NCBI GenBank assembly: GCA_027021705.1
Contig: JALUTT010000077.1
Span: 32,001 to 96,000 of the forward strand
Length of the DNA stretch: 64,000 bases
Reading direction: 5' to 3'
Source of the DNA: Anaerolineae bacterium
GTDB lineage: Bacteria > Chloroflexota > Anaerolineae > S140-20
Position 1 is the first letter of the stretch. Every line of letters starts with the position of its first letter. Shown piece by piece: positions 24,985 through 36,930 of the stretch. Made by a program: the position numbers and the translations under genes. The notes under the pieces are model-generated. The model was not told where the DNA came from and did not search any database. It saw only the letters and a program-made list of their open reading frames with translations.

Positions 24985-27804
24985 ATGAGTGCAACCCGTG
25001 ACACCCTTTCCCCGTCAACCGACACCCCCGGTCAGGAGGGCGACCGGCCCAAGCTGGTCCTCATTGACGGTCACGCCCTGGCCTACCGGGCCTTCCACGC
25101 CCTGCCGGCCGACCTGAAGACCTCCCGAGGCGAGCTGACCAACGCCGTCTACGGCTTCACCTCGATGCTCCTCAACGTCCTGCGGGACGAACAGCCCGAC
25201 TACATCGCCGTCACTTTCGATAAAGGGCGCACCTTCCGTCACGACACCTACCCTGACTACAAGGCCCACCGGGTCAAGATGCCCGACGAGATGCACGACC
25301 AGATGGCCCGCATCCGCCAGGTCGTCCAGGCCCTGAGCATCCCCATCTTCGAGGTCGAGGGGTATGAGGCCGACGACCTGCTGGGCACGCTGGCCCGCCA
25401 GGCCGCCGAACAGGGTGTCGAGACCCTCATCGTCACCGGCGACACCGACGCCCTGCAGTTGGTGGACGACCACACCCGCGTCCTCACCTCCCGCTGGCGC
25501 TTCTCCGAGACGGTGACCTACGACGAGGAGACGGTCCGTCAGCGGTACGGCCTCTCGCCGGCCCAACTGGTGGACCTGAAGGCGCTGGAGGGAGACAAGT
25601 CGGACAACATCCCCGGCGTGCGGGGCGTCGGGAGGAAGACGGCGGTCAAGCTGCTTCAGAAGTATGGCTCACTGGAGGGGATCTACGAGCACCTGGACGA
25701 GCTCTCGCCGAGCCTGCGCCGCAAACTGGAGGCGGGCCGTGAGGCCGCCTTCCTGAGCAAGGCCCTGGCCACCATCCGCCGCGACGCCCCCATCCGCCTG
25801 AACCTGGAGGCCTGCCGGAGCCGCGCCTTCGATCGGGAGCAGGTGATGCGGCTCTTTCGCGAGTTGGAGTTCCGCTCCTTAGTGGATCGGGTGCCCCAAC
25901 CGGAAGGGGAGAAGCCGTCGGGCCGGCCCCGCCAGTTGGGCCTCTTCGAGGCGGCGGCGGAGCCGACCGCTGCGCCCGGCCCGGAGCCTGCCTCCTACCA
26001 GGTTATTGCTGACCTCCCTGCCCTGGAGGCCCTGGTCGCCCGGCTGCAGACGGTGGAGGCGATCACCCTGGACACGGAGACGACCCACACCGACCCGATG
26101 CAGGCGGAGTTGGTGGGGATCGCGCTCACCGACGGGCCGGGCCGGGGCTACTACGTCCCCATCGCCGGCCCCGACGGCACAGGTGAGGGGCTGCCCCCGG
26201 CCCAGGCGCTGGAGGTGCTGCGCCCCCTGCTGGAGGGGCCGACGCCGTTCAAGTACGGCCACAACGTCAAGTACGACCTCACCGTTCTGGCCCTGTTGGG
26301 CGTTCACCTGGCACCGCCGGCCTTCGATACGATGATCGCCGAGTGGCTGCTGAATCCGGCCTCGGGCAACCTGGGGCTGAAGAACCTGGCCTGGGCACGG
26401 CTGGGCGAGGAGATGACCCCTATCACCGACCTCATCGGCAAAGGCAAGAAGCAGATCACGATGCGCCAGGTGCCGGTGGAGGAGGCGGCCCGCTACGCCT
26501 GCGCCGACGTGGATATGACCCACCGGTTGGTGGGGGTGCTGGAGCCCGAGCTGAAGGAAAAGGCGCTCTGGTCCCTCTTCACCGACCTGGAGATGCCCCT
26601 GGTGCCGGTGCTGGCGGCGATGGAGATGGCCGGCGTCCGCCTGGACGTGGATCTGCTGGCCCGGATGTCCCGGGAGTTGGCCGCCCGGCTGGGGGAGTTG
26701 GAGCGGCAGATCCACGAGATGGTGGGCTTCCCCTTCAACGTCAACTCCACCCAGCAGCTCTCCGATGTCCTCTTCGTCCACCTCAAGCTGCCGGCGACGG
26801 GGGTGCGCAAGACGAAGTCGGGCCACTACTCGACGGGAGCCGGCGTCCTGGAGAAGCTGCGGGGCCTCCACCCGGTGGTGGACCTGATCCTGGAGCACCG
26901 GCAACTGGCCAAGCTCAAGTCCACTTACGTGGATGCGCTGCCCCGGATGGTGAACCCGCGCACGGGCCGGCTGCACACCTCCTACAACCAGACGGGCACC
27001 GTCACCGGGCGCATCTCCTCATCGGCCCCCAACCTGCAGAACATCCCCATCCGCAGCGAGTTGGGCCGGCAGGTGCGGCGGGCCTTCGTCGCCGAGCCGG
27101 GCTGGCGGCTGGTGGGGGCCGACTACTCCCAGATCGAACTGCGGATCATGGCCCACGTGGCCGATGATCCGGGGCTCCAGGCCGCCTTCCAGCGGGGGGA
27201 GGACATCCACGCCAGCACGGCGGCCGCCGTCCTGGGGGTGGCGCTGGAGGAGGTGACGCCGGAGATGCGCCGGCTGGCCAAGAGCGTCAACTTTGGCCTC
27301 TCCTACGGGCAGACCGCCTACGGCCTGGCCCAGACGACGGGCCTCTCCCAGGAGGAGGCGGAAGCCTTCATCCGCACCTACTTCGAGCGCTTCCCCGGCG
27401 TGAGAGCCTACATCGAGCGGACGAAGCGGCAGGCGCTGGAGCAGGGGTACGTGGAGACGCTGTTGGGGCGGCGGCGCTACTTCCCCAACCTGGCCAACCT
27501 GCGGGGGCCGGCCCGGGGCCGCGCCGAGCGGGAGGCCATCAACGCCCCCATCCAGGGCACCGCCGCCGACATCATCAAGATCGCCATGGTGCGGCTCCAC
27601 CGGAGCCTGCAGGAGCAGGGCTTCCAGGCCCGGATGATCCTCCAGGTCCACGATGAACTGATCCTCGAAGCCCCGGAGGAAGAGGTCCCCACCGTCGCTC
27701 CCCTCGTCCGAGAGGTGATGGAGAGCGCCTTCACCCTCAAGGTGCCGCTGAAGGTGGACCTGAAGGTGGGGGAGAACTGGGAGGAGATGGAGGAGATGGC
27801 GTAG
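24985..27804 (+). CDS. polA: DNA polymerase I
   Basis: LIDGHALAYRAFHA, LDTET (3'-5' exo), DYSQIELR, QVHDEL. Confidence 0.97.
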   Translation: MSATRDTLSPSTDTPGQEGDRPKLVLIDGHALAYRAFHALPADLKTSRGELTNAVYGFTSMLLNVLRDEQPDYIAVTFDKGRTFRHDTYPDYKAHRVKMPDEMHDQMARIRQVVQALSIPIFEVEGYEADDLLGTLARQAAEQGVETLIVTGDTDALQLVDDHTRVLTSRWRFSETVTYDEETVRQRYGLSPAQLVDLKALEGDKSDNIPGVRGVGRKTAVKLLQKYGSLEGIYEHLDELSPSLRRKLEAGREAAFLSKALATIRRDAPIRLNLEACRSRAFDREQVMRLFRELEFRSLVDRVPQPEGEKPSGRPRQLGLFEAAAEPTAAPGPEPASYQVIADLPALEALVARLQTVEAITLDTETTHTDPMQAELVGIALTDGPGRGYYVPIAGPDGTGEGLPPAQALEVLRPLLEGPTPFKYGHNVKYDLTVLALLGVHLAPPAFDTMIAEWLLNPASGNLGLKNLAWARLGEEMTPITDLIGKGKKQITMRQVPVEEAARYACADVDMTHRLVGVLEPELKEKALWSLFTDLEMPLVPVLAAMEMAGVRLDVDLLARMSRELAARLGELERQIHEMVGFPFNVNSTQQLSDVLFVHLKLPATGVRKTKSGHYSTGAGVLEKLRGLHPVVDLILEHRQLAKLKSTYVDALPRMVNPRTGRLHTSYNQTGTVTGRISSSAPNLQNIPIRSELGRQVRRAFVAEPGWRLVGADYSQIELRIMAHVADDPGLQAAFQRGEDIHASTAAAVLGVALEEVTPEMRRLAKSVNFGLSYGQTAYGLAQTTGLSQEEAEAFIRTYFERFPGVRAYIERTKRQALEQGYVETLLGRRRYFPNLANLRGPARGRAEREAINAPIQGTAADIIKIAMVRLHRSLQEQGFQARMILQVHDELILEAPEEEVPTVAPLVREVMESAFTLKVPLKVDLKVGENWEEMEEMA

Positions 27805-27837
27805 GCGAGGCGGAATCCCCTCGCGGCACCGGTATCC

Positions 27838-29244
27838 CTATTCCGGCGCTGGCATCTCCGAAACCAGCAGCGCCTCCGCCTGTCGGATCTGCGCCCGGAC
27901 CGTCTCGGGTGCGGTGCCCCCCACGGCCCGCCGCCGGGCCACGGAGCGGGCCGCGTCGAAGACCCGGTAGAGGTCGGCAGCGAAGGCGGGGTGGATGGCC
28001 CGGTAGCAGGCCAGGGGAAGCTGCGAGAGGGGAAGGCCCGCCTCCGCGGCCTCCCGGACCACCTGCCCGACGATCTGGTGGGCCTGCCGGAAGGGCAGGC
28101 CCTTTTCGACCAGGTAGTCGGCCAGGTCGGTGGCCAGCATCGCCTCGTCCAGCGCCGCCGCCATCCGCTCCTCGTGGACGGTCATCGTGGCGACCGCGCC
28201 GGCGACGACGGGCAGCGTGAGGGCCAGCGTCTCCACGGCGTCGAAGAGGGGCTCCTTGTCCTCCTGGAAGTCCTTGTTGTAGCCGCTGGGTGTCCCCTTG
28301 AGCACCGCGAGCAGCGTCACCAGGTCCCCCAGGAGCCGTCCGCTCTTCCCCCGCGTCAACTCCAGGCTGTCCGGGTTCTTCTTCTGGGGCATCAGGCTGG
28401 AGCCGGTGCTGTAGGCATCGGCCAGGGTGACGAAGCCGAACTCGGCCGTGGAGAAGAGGATCAGGTCCTCGGCCAGCCGGCTCAGGTGGACGCCGATGAG
28501 GGCGGCAACGAAGAGGAACTCGGCGATGTAGTCCCGGTCGGCGACGGCGTCCAGGCTGTTGGGGCTGACGGCCCGGAAGCCCAGTTCCTGCGCCAGTGCC
28601 TCCCGGTCTATGGGGAAGGGGGTGCCTGCCAGCGCACCGCTGCCCAGGGGGAGCACCGCCGTCCGACGGCGACAGTCGGCCAGCCGCTCCCGGTCCCGCT
28701 GCAAGGGCCAGAAGTGGGAGAGCAGCCAGTGGGCGAAGAGGAGGGGCTGGGCCCGCTGGAGGTGGGTGTAGCCGGGCATCAGGGCCTGGGGATGGGCCTG
28801 GGCTTGCTGCACCAGGGCGGCCTGGAGCTCCCGTAGCCCCGCCTCCACGGTGGGGATCGCCTCCTCCAGCAGGTAGAGACGGGTGTCGGTGGCCACCTGG
28901 TCGTTGCGGGAGCGCCCGGTGTGGAGCTTGCCGGCCACCTCGCCGATCAGTTCGTGCAGCCGCCGCTCCACGGCGGTGTGGATGTCCTCGTCCTCCGAGG
29001 CGGGCACGAAGGTGCCCGCCTCGAACTCCTCCCGGACCTGCTCCAGCCCGGCGACGATCCGCTCCGCCTCCTCGGCGGTCAGCAGGCCGACCCGGGCCAG
29101 AGCCCGGGCGTAGGCGATGCTGCCCCGGATGTCATGGGCGTAGAGACGCCGGTCGAAGGGGAAGGAATCGTGGAAGCGCCGCATCGCTTCGGCGGGCGGC
29201 TCGGTGAAGCGCCCGCCCCAGAGCCGGTGGGGTTCTCGGTTCAC
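27838..29244 (-). CDS. argH: Argininosuccinate lyase
   Basis: LWGGRF, HTGRSRNDQ, GSSLMPQKKNPD; GTG start overlapping the upstream stop. Confidence 0.96.
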   Translation of the reverse strand: MNREPHRLWGGRFTEPPAEAMRRFHDSFPFDRRLYAHDIRGSIAYARALARVGLLTAEEAERIVAGLEQVREEFEAGTFVPASEDEDIHTAVERRLHELIGEVAGKLHTGRSRNDQVATDTRLYLLEEAIPTVEAGLRELQAALVQQAQAHPQALMPGYTHLQRAQPLLFAHWLLSHFWPLQRDRERLADCRRRTAVLPLGSGALAGTPFPIDREALAQELGFRAVSPNSLDAVADRDYIAEFLFVAALIGVHLSRLAEDLILFSTAEFGFVTLADAYSTGSSLMPQKKNPDSLELTRGKSGRLLGDLVTLLAVLKGTPSGYNKDFQEDKEPLFDAVETLALTLPVVAGAVATMTVHEERMAAALDEAMLATDLADYLVEKGLPFRQAHQIVGQVVREAAEAGLPLSQLPLACYRAIHPAFAADLYRVFDAARSVARRRAVGGTAPETVRAQIRQAEALLVSEMPAPE

Positions 29245-32200
29245 GATGGTCTCTCCTTCAGCGCTTGGGCAATCACCGCCGCCAGGCGCTCCACGTCCGG
29301 TGGTTTCTGGAGCCAACCTACGACGCCGTGGGTTCGCAGTCCTGCCGCTTCCTCACCCAGCGGGTAACCGGTGAGTACGATGATCTTCACGCCCGGCTTG
29401 CGCTGCTGGAGGGCCTGGCAGAGGGCCTGCCCCCCCATCTCCGGCATCACCAGGTCGCTCAGCACCAGGACGATCTCGTCGCTGTGTTGCTCGAAGACCC
29501 TCAGGGCTTCCCGACCATGGGCTGCCTCCAGCACCCGGTAGCCCAGGGTCTCCAAGAGCTCCTTCAGCGCCTGCCGTGTGACCAAGTCATCTTCCACCAC
29601 CAACAGGACCTCGCCGGCCCCCCGAGGGAGGACCGGGTCCTCCCTCAAGGGCTCCTCTATCTCGGGGTGGGCGAGGGCGGGCAGGTAGAGGGTGAAGATG
29701 GTGCCCTGCCCCACCTGGCTCTCCACGTCAATGTATCCCTCGTGCTGCCGGATGATCCCGTAGACCTGGGAGAGCCCCAAGCCGGTGCCCTCGCCGGGGG
29801 GTTTGGTGGTGAAGAAGGGCTCGAAGATGTGGGGCATGACCTCCGGTGGGATGCCGATCCCGGTGTCTGCGACCTGGATCTGCACCCACTCCCCCGGTGC
29901 CATATCGGGCGTCGGGGGCACGTCATCAGACCCGATCTGCACCTGTTCCAGCGCGATCCGCAATCGTCCCCCGTTGGGCATCGCATCCTGGGCGTTGAGG
30001 GCCAGGTTGATCAGTGCCTGCTGGAGGCGGGTGGGATCGGCGTTGACGGTGCAGGGACCCGGGCCGAGGGAGAGGTCCAATTGGATGTTCTCCGGCAGGA
30101 TCCGCTCCAACAGCCTGGTCAGCTCCTTCAGGAAGGGCACCAAGTCGAGGGGCTGGAGTTCGATGAGGGAACGCCGGCTGAAGTCGAGGATCTGTTGGAT
30201 CAGGCTGGCAGCCCGCCGGGCCTGGTCGGCGATGACCCGCAGGCGCTGGTGGGTTTTGGGTGGCAGCCCCGCATCGCGCAGGGCCATCTGGGTGTGGAGG
30301 AGGATGACGGCCAGGATGTTGTTGAAGTCGTGGGCGATGCCGGCGGCCAACTGCCCCACGGTGGCCAACCGTTCTTGTTCCTGCGCCTGCTGCTGGATCT
30401 GCCGTTGGCGGGTCACGTCGCGGATGACCAATACCCAACCTCCAGGAGGGAGATTGGTCCCTTCCTCCACCATAGGCCGGGCTGTCATCTCGAAGATGTA
30501 GCGGGGAGGACCCTCGATGGCGATCTCGTGCCAGGGCTCCTCCGGGGCGGGGATTAGCAGTTCCTCGATGGGGTTTCCTCCCAAGTGGGTGATCCGGGGA
30601 GGGGATTCGTCGCCTACCAGCACGGCGAGGCAGGCGCGGGCGGCCGGGTTGGCCATCAGAAGGCGATGGTGAGCGTCCAGCAGGAGCACACCGTGGGGCA
30701 CCGTGTCTATGATCTGCTGGACCTGCCGGGCCTGCTCCTGGGTCTGGGCCAACAACCGGGCGTTCTGGATGGCGATGGCGGCCTGGGCGGCGAAGCGGGA
30801 GAGGAGGGCGGCATCTCCCAGGCTGAAGCAGCGCTGACCTCGGCCCGCCTGGATGATGAGCACGCCCAGGAACTCCTGGCCCCACCGGATGGGCACCCCA
30901 ACGAGGGTGGCGGGGAGATCGGCCCACTTGGGGGAGCGACCAGGCCACGTCGAGTAGTCCTCGACGATGATGGGTTCGCCGGTGGCCCAGACCTTCCCGG
31001 CCAACCCCTCGCCCCACTCGAGGGTGAAGCCTATCCGCCGCTCCAGTTCCTCGCCGACGGCGACGGCCCACTCCAGCACGTTTCGACGGGGGCGGTAGAG
31101 GTAGATCCCGCCGGTCTCACCATCCAGCAAGCGGATCGCCCGCTCGACGATCTGGCGCAGCAAGGTGTCCAGGTCGTGCAGGAGGGCCAGGTCCTGAGAG
31201 ACTTGGTAGAGGGCTTCCATCTGGTCGGCCTGCCGCCGGGTCTCGTCGAAGAGGCGGGCGTTCTCCAGGGCGATGGCGACCTGGGCGGCCAGGGACTCCA
31301 ACAGGCGGCGGTCGGCCTCCCCGAAGGCGTGGGGGCGGAAGGACTGAACGGAAATGGCTCCGACCAGACGATCGTGGGCGACCAGGGGGATGCCCATCCA
31401 GGTCCGAGCCGGACGGGAGCCGTGCTGGGGTTCGGCGGGCAGGGGGTCCTTCTCCAAGTCCTCCACCAGCAGCGATCGCCGCTCCCGCATCACCCAGCCG
31501 GTCAGGCCGCCCTCCGCCAGGGGCATCTCCATCCCGACGGCCCCGGGAACGGGCCGGCCCTCCTCCAGAGCGAGGACCACCTGGAGGGCATCCGTCTCGG
31601 CCTCGTAGAGGGCGACGACGAAGGTATCCGGTGCCAGCAGCCGGTGGATCTGCTCGGCGAGGCGTTGGAGCAGTTCCTCGGTGTCCAAGACACTGCTGAT
31701 GGCCAGAGCTGTTTCATAGAGGCCGGCCAGTTCCTGGGCGCGGCGCCGGGACTCCTCGAAGAGGTGGGCGTTCTGGAAGGCGATGGCGGCCTGGACGGCG
31801 AAGGCGGCCAACCGATCGAGGTGTTCCGGGCGGTAGAAGCCGGGCTCGGTCTTGTCCAGGGAGAAGAAAGCGATGACCTCTCCGTGGATGATGATGGGAG
31901 CGCCGGCCCAAGAGCGCAGGTAGTCCGAAGCCCGGAACCGCACCCAGTCGGGGTCGGCAGCGGTGTCGGGGATGATCATCGGCTTCCCCGTTTCGATCAT
32001 CTGGCGCAGGTTGGGCGTCGTAGCGATCTCCAGGCAGAGGGTGGCGACCTCGCGGGCGACCTCCTCGCCGAAACGGTCGTAGCCGCGCATCCGGGCGATG
32101 CAGACCTTTCCATCTCTGACCAACATCACGTTGGCCGCGTCATAGGGGACCACCCGGTCAAGCTGCTCCAAGAGGCGGTCGAGCACGGCGTCGAAGTCGA

Positions 32201-33560
32201 GGGTAGCGCTGAGGGCGAGCCCGACCTCGTGCAACGCCTCGGCCAATTCTCGCTGCTGGCGCTCCGCTTCCAGCAATCGGCTCTTGGCGATGGCCAGGGC
32301 GATCTGCCGCGCGGCCTGTTCACCTCGGCTGATCTCCTCCGGCGTGAAGTGGTGGATCTCGTTGAAGGCGATGAGAGCCGCTCCCAGCTTCTCCTCTCTG
32401 GCGATGAGGGGAAGGGCCAGCAGCGAGCGGTCGGGGAACATCTCGGCGATGCGCCGGCTGAGGTAGGGGCTGTCGAAGACATCCTCGATGACCAACGGGC
32501 GGCCGGCCGCCAGGACGGAACCGGTCACCGTCGTCTCACCGGGCACCACCGTCACCGAGCGGTAGCGCTCCCGCCACTCTCCGTAGGCGGCTGCCGGGAT
32601 GGGGACCTTCCGCTCTTCGTCCCAGAGGGTGATGTAGCAACTGTCGGCGTGGAAGAGCTCCCCCAGCCGGTCGGCGAGGACCTGGGTCATCGTGGGTAGG
32701 TCGGGCATCTCCAGGGCGGCCCGGGTGATCTCGTTCAGGAGGGCGAGGAACTGCTCTCGGGCCTGCAAGGTTTCTTCGGCCTGTTTGCGGTGGATGGCGA
32801 AGGCGATGTGGTAGGCGATGGTCTGGGCCATCCGCACCTCTTCCTCGGTGAAGGGGTGGGGGGTGTCGTAGTAGAGCATGAACTTCCCCATCAGCCGGCC
32901 CCGATGGACGAGGGGGATGGCTCCCAGTCCCCGGATCCCCTCGGCGAGAATGACCGCCTGCAGGTCCTTCAGTTCGGGGGCTTCGGCGGCGTCGGGAACC
33001 AGCACAGGGGCGGGATCCCATTCCTCAGGCGCCCAAGGGGAATGGCCCTCCACCGCCCGACGATAGTCCTCCGAAAGGCCGTGCCAGGCTTTGAAGCGCA
33101 TCACGCCGTCGGGATCGAGGAGCAGGATGGCTGTCCGGTCGGCCTTGATGGCACCCTCCAGTGCACTGAGGGCTTCCTCGTAGATCTCCTCGACGGCTTC
33201 GGTGCGGTTGACGGTGTCGGTCAGGTGGTAGAGGGCCTGGAGTTGCCGGAGGCGTTGGTGCAGAGTCTCCGTCGTCCGCCGCTCCTCCTGCACGAAGCGA
33301 GCCAGGAAGATGACGGCCAGGAAGGCCAGGAGGCTCACCATCAGCCCCGGCAGTTCGGTCAAGGAATTGAGCAGTGGGAGCGCTGGTCCCCCATGCTCGG
33401 ACCACAGTGCCAGCCCTGGCCGAACGGCCATCAGAGCTAGCATCACCGTCAAGAACCCCATTCGCCAGTCCCGCACCCGTCGTAGCAGGACGATGGACCA
33501 GCCCGTTGCCACCAGGCGAATCCCTATGGAGAGGACGAGCACCAGAACCGCCAATGACAC
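29241..33560 (-). CDS. Hybrid sensor histidine kinase (TM, about five GAF, PAS-like, HisKA, HATPase, REC)
   Basis: Repeated AIALENARL linkers, [28 protein letters not shown]. Confidence 0.92.
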   Translation of the reverse strand: MSLAVLVLVLSIGIRLVATGWSIVLLRRVRDWRMGFLTVMLALMAVRPGLALWSEHGGPALPLLNSLTELPGLMVSLLAFLAVIFLARFVQEERRTTETLHQRLRQLQALYHLTDTVNRTEAVEEIYEEALSALEGAIKADRTAILLLDPDGVMRFKAWHGLSEDYRRAVEGHSPWAPEEWDPAPVLVPDAAEAPELKDLQAVILAEGIRGLGAIPLVHRGRLMGKFMLYYDTPHPFTEEEVRMAQTIAYHIAFAIHRKQAEETLQAREQFLALLNEITRAALEMPDLPTMTQVLADRLGELFHADSCYITLWDEERKVPIPAAAYGEWRERYRSVTVVPGETTVTGSVLAAGRPLVIEDVFDSPYLSRRIAEMFPDRSLLALPLIAREEKLGAALIAFNEIHHFTPEEISRGEQAARQIALAIAKSRLLEAERQQRELAEALHEVGLALSATLDFDAVLDRLLEQLDRVVPYDAANVMLVRDGKVCIARMRGYDRFGEEVAREVATLCLEIATTPNLRQMIETGKPMIIPDTAADPDWVRFRASDYLRSWAGAPIIIHGEVIAFFSLDKTEPGFYRPEHLDRLAAFAVQAAIAFQNAHLFEESRRRAQELAGLYETALAISSVLDTEELLQRLAEQIHRLLAPDTFVVALYEAETDALQVVLALEEGRPVPGAVGMEMPLAEGGLTGWVMRERRSLLVEDLEKDPLPAEPQHGSRPARTWMGIPLVAHDRLVGAISVQSFRPHAFGEADRRLLESLAAQVAIALENARLFDETRRQADQMEALYQVSQDLALLHDLDTLLRQIVERAIRLLDGETGGIYLYRPRRNVLEWAVAVGEELERRIGFTLEWGEGLAGKVWATGEPIIVEDYSTWPGRSPKWADLPATLVGVPIRWGQEFLGVLIIQAGRGQRCFSLGDAALLSRFAAQAAIAIQNARLLAQTQEQARQVQQIIDTVPHGVLLLDAHHRLLMANPAARACLAVLVGDESPPRITHLGGNPIEELLIPAPEEPWHEIAIEGPPRYIFEMTARPMVEEGTNLPPGGWVLVIRDVTRQRQIQQQAQEQERLATVGQLAAGIAHDFNNILAVILLHTQMALRDAGLPPKTHQRLRVIADQARRAASLIQQILDFSRRSLIELQPLDLVPFLKELTRLLERILPENIQLDLSLGPGPCTVNADPTRLQQALINLALNAQDAMPNGGRLRIALEQVQIGSDDVPPTPDMAPGEWVQIQVADTGIGIPPEVMPHIFEPFFTTKPPGEGTGLGLSQVYGIIRQHEGYIDVESQVGQGTIFTLYLPALAHPEIEEPLREDPVLPRGAGEVLLVVEDDLVTRQALKELLETLGYRVLEAAHGREALRVFEQHSDEIVLVLSDLVMPEMGGQALCQALQQRKPGVKIIVLTGYPLGEEAAGLRTHGVVGWLQKPPDVERLAAVIAQALKERPS

Positions 33561-33834
33561 CTCGCGTACCTCCTAGGCCCTTGAGGGGACACGGATGGAC
33601 ACGGATGGGACGGGTTCACACGGATAGGCCCTGAAAAGTCCGTGTCCATACGTCGGCCTTGAGGGTGTTTTCCTACGGAAGACGAAGAACCCCGGCTCTA
33701 TGATACTACAAGCCGGGGGGAGATACAAGGGGTTCGTAGTCCGTAGTCCTCGGTCCTCAGTCCATAGTCCTCGGTCCTCAGCCCTCAACCAGCGGTCGGC
33801 GGTCGTATCCGGTCCTCAGTCCGCCGCTAAGCCG

Positions 33835-34836
33835 CTATCCGCTAGCCTCGCTAGGCTGCTCGATCGGCGGGTAGGGGGTGGTGCCCAGGCGGGAGAGGAG
33901 GGCGGCACCCAGGGCCAGTCCCATCAGCAGCCACATCACGAGGCCGCCCAGGCAGGGTACCAGGGTTTCCACCAGCCGCGCTCCCAGGGTGAGCAGGAAG
34001 GCCCCGCCACCCACCACCAGCGGGGGGGGTAGGGAGAGGTTCAGCGAGCGGGCGACCTGCTCTCCCAGACGGGATCCCAGGCCGGCCCATCCTAGCAGGC
34101 CAACCGCTGTGGCCGCGACGACCAGGACCGGGATCAAGGGGGCACCGCAGATGGTGATCAGCAGCGTGAAGGAGAGGGCGGCCACGGCGAGGATGCTCAG
34201 GCAGCCCACGCTTAGGCTGGGCAGGGGCGATTGCAGAGCCGTCTCACCGACCAGAGCCATCTGGCGAGGCCAGAGGGCGTGGATGACCACGGCGATCAGG
34301 CCGATGGCCAGGGCGGACAGCAGCGCACCGACGCCACGCCAGACCACCAGGGCCGGCCCTTCGGTCCAGAAGAAGCTGGGGAAGCGCCAGGACCAGGACC
34401 AGAAGCGCCTCCAGGCTCGCCCTGGCCCCACCCCTCGCCAGGGGAAGGTCTCAACCAGCCTCCCGTAACGGGCCCCGGGCATCGCTTCGACGCGCCCCCC
34501 CAGGGTGACCACGTCGCCGGCCACGTGGGCCGATTCGTTCAGGGTGACGTCGGCCCCCAGCACGACCAGGTCGCCGCTGATGTAGCCGGCGATGGTGGCG
34601 TTGCTGCCCACAGCGGTCACACTGCCCAGCACCTCGCTTCCCGGTTCCATGCGCAGGACGGCCCCGATGAGGACCAGGTCGCCGCGGATCCGGTCGCCCT
34701 CGCGCAGCACCAGTTGGCGTCCGACGACGACCTCATCGCCCAACGGTCCTAAGGCCAGGGCCCGGGTCGGGGGAAAGAGGAGGCTTGTCAGCCCCAGCAG
34801 CACAACGGCAGCAAGTATCCCGACAATTCGACGCAT
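33835..34836 (-). CDS. Membrane protein with bactofilin-like beta-helix repeats
   Basis: Signal peptide, GDLV/GSVT/GDVV repeats, multi-TM C-terminus. Confidence 0.75.
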   Translation of the reverse strand: MRRIVGILAAVVLLGLTSLLFPPTRALALGPLGDEVVVGRQLVLREGDRIRGDLVLIGAVLRMEPGSEVLGSVTAVGSNATIAGYISGDLVVLGADVTLNESAHVAGDVVTLGGRVEAMPGARYGRLVETFPWRGVGPGRAWRRFWSWSWRFPSFFWTEGPALVVWRGVGALLSALAIGLIAVVIHALWPRQMALVGETALQSPLPSLSVGCLSILAVAALSFTLLITICGAPLIPVLVVAATAVGLLGWAGLGSRLGEQVARSLNLSLPPPLVVGGGAFLLTLGARLVETLVPCLGGLVMWLLMGLALGAALLSRLGTTPYPPIEQPSEASG

Positions 34837-34865
34837 ACGGTTTTCTCCTTGCAGAGCGGTTCTTC

Positions 34866-35624
34866 CTACGCTTCCACAACGAACTGCAAAGCAGCGATCA
34901 GAGACGCGAACACACGCTTGATTTCCTCTTCGTCGGCCAGCGAGAGAAGCTTGCCGGCGAAGACGGCTGGTGACATTCCTAACCGGACTGTGGCCAGGTA
35001 GATTCGCACATAGTCCTTGGCCTCTCGCATACGGATGCCATTGCGTCGGAGCAACTCGGGGACTTCCTGACGGACCTTCTCTGCAAGGGCAGCCTCGCCA
35101 ACGCTTTCCAGGCCAATTCCTTGGAGCAGTCGCGTTGCGGTTCGAGGATGCAGGGCCAGAGCAAGCACGTAGTCATCTGTTGTAGACTTGGTGAACCGCT
35201 GCGACAGGCCGGGTATTGATGGGTAATGGGCGACATGAAGAGCCAGCCGCAGGTCCGGCTCATCCGATTGCCACGTGAAAACGTTAGCGTAGTCAGGATG
35301 AACAGCCAAGCTAGGCATTTTTGCAAACCCGCGCTCTTCAAAAAGGCGGCGGACAGTTTCTGCCACGCTCTGCCGGATGCTGTCGAGAGACTCGCCCTCA
35401 TCCTCGTCCAGATCCCGCATAACCAGACAGCGCACAGGCGCTGCACCGAGCTCCGGTCCCAACTCGTTTCTGATCGCCTGGATGACTTGTGCCTTGCCGC
35501 CTTTCCGCTCGCGCAGGCGTTTCTTCCAACCAGGGTTAAGATTGACGCTCAATTGGCGTTCCATCAGATGGATCACCACATTTTTCTCCGTATCCCCTTC
35601 AACGAATACGTGGGGCAAGTCCAT
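34866..35624 (-). CDS. Toprim-like (DUF3226/DUF4435-type) protein
   Basis: N-terminal VFVEGDTE and MRDLD acidic motifs; directly downstream of the ATPase. Confidence 0.55.
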   Translation of the reverse strand: MDLPHVFVEGDTEKNVVIHLMERQLSVNLNPGWKKRLRERKGGKAQVIQAIRNELGPELGAAPVRCLVMRDLDEDEGESLDSIRQSVAETVRRLFEERGFAKMPSLAVHPDYANVFTWQSDEPDLRLALHVAHYPSIPGLSQRFTKSTTDDYVLALALHPRTATRLLQGIGLESVGEAALAEKVRQEVPELLRRNGIRMREAKDYVRIYLATVRLGMSPAVFAGKLLSLADEEEIKRVFASLIAALQFVVEA

Positions 35625-35628
35625 GGCT

Positions 35629-36867
35629 CTATTCCTCCTCCCGCAGCGAGAAGAAGAGTGGGCTGGTCAGTTCATCCCCCCATGCTCGGGGGTCCCGTCC
35701 AGCTTCTAACCAGGCGATCAGGTTGTCTGCGTCAAACCACGAAGAGCGGAGAGTCCCCTCCTCCAAAGCCAACCGGAAAGCTATGATCTGGCTTCCGTTG
35801 ATCTGACCCCTTCGGGCCATCTCTGTGAAGCATGCGACCACTTCCAGGCTCTGGCTGCTGATGAAAAGCTGGACCGGTTTCCCGTGTACGATCTCTGCCA
35901 CTTCCTGGAGAAGGCGATCCAGTGTTCGGGGGTGCTGGAACAACTCCGGCTCCTCCCATAGGACCAAGCCTGGCTCTCCGTCCTTGGTCAACTCAGCTAA
36001 GGCGATCAGAGGGGTCAGGAGCTTGAACGCTGCCCGTGCTCCGTCCCCGTACATATCAATTGGCATCGCCCGTCGTTTCTCTGGCGCGATCCATCCTTGC
36101 TCCCAGCGGCTGTCCAGCCCAGCCGGCGGCAAGAACTGCACGCTGAACGGCTCACCGATATCGAAGACCTTTCCAAAGTGGTGGGCAATTCGGTGGGACC
36201 AGCCGGGAATCTCTCCCAACATACGTTGGTAGAAATCCAAGAGCAAATGACGCTGGATGATGTCCATCTCGTAAAAGAGCACCCGGCGTGGCACAGGAAT
36301 GTCTCCCTGGATAACCCAGGTGGCGCTTCCCTGCCGGTGGTAGCTCAGCTCAGGGTGCCAGCAAAAACACAAACTCTTCCCCGAGAAGGGCAGGATTTCA
36401 CGGCCGCCGAGCTTTTCAGCCAGCACTTCGGCTTCCTGTTCCAAGTTCCGCACCGTAGACCTCAGGCTGAAGAGGGCGACGACTTGTTCCTCACCCTTAG
36501 GGAATCCGCCTTCGGTGCTGAGGGTAAAGGAACGCAAGGCTGACTCTCGGTCCTCAACGGTAATCCGCAACAGGCCACCATCCCAGCGCCCCAGTCCCTT
36601 CCATCGCTCTGGAAGCCCGTGTTTGGTCCACACCCGGGAAAGCGGGTGATACCCTAGCATATCTTTGTCTGACACCCCCACATCATAGGTGCGTTCCTGG
36701 TGGGTCAGCACAGCCTCACGTCCCGCCGTGGCCGCCAAGTAGAGGGCTTCCAACAAGGTGGACTTCCCGGCGTTGTTGGGGCCGATCAACAGGTTAAACT
36801 GCCGGAAACGGCTCACCACCCCCTGCTGAATGCCCCGGAAATTCCTGAACCTGATGCTTGTGATCAT
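35629..36867 (-). CDS. ABC-type ATPase (AAA_15/AAA_21, OLD/AbiEii-like)
   Basis: MITSIRFRNFRGI, GPNNAGKS, YGDG, LVLWEEPELFQHP. Confidence 0.85.
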   Translation of the reverse strand: MITSIRFRNFRGIQQGVVSRFRQFNLLIGPNNAGKSTLLEALYLAATAGREAVLTHQERTYDVGVSDKDMLGYHPLSRVWTKHGLPERWKGLGRWDGGLLRITVEDRESALRSFTLSTEGGFPKGEEQVVALFSLRSTVRNLEQEAEVLAEKLGGREILPFSGKSLCFCWHPELSYHRQGSATWVIQGDIPVPRRVLFYEMDIIQRHLLLDFYQRMLGEIPGWSHRIAHHFGKVFDIGEPFSVQFLPPAGLDSRWEQGWIAPEKRRAMPIDMYGDGARAAFKLLTPLIALAELTKDGEPGLVLWEEPELFQHPRTLDRLLQEVAEIVHGKPVQLFISSQSLEVVACFTEMARRGQINGSQIIAFRLALEEGTLRSSWFDADNLIAWLEAGRDPRAWGDELTSPLFFSLREEE

Positions 36868-36930
36868 AGGATTGCCTCCTGGGCGACCTTCTCGGACATA
36901 CGGCCACTCACTCGCGGGTGCACTCTTCGT

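Noticed and set aside
24985..27804. Intein or inactive proofreading domain in polA
   Set aside because: Normal length, and the Exo I-III acidic residues appear present
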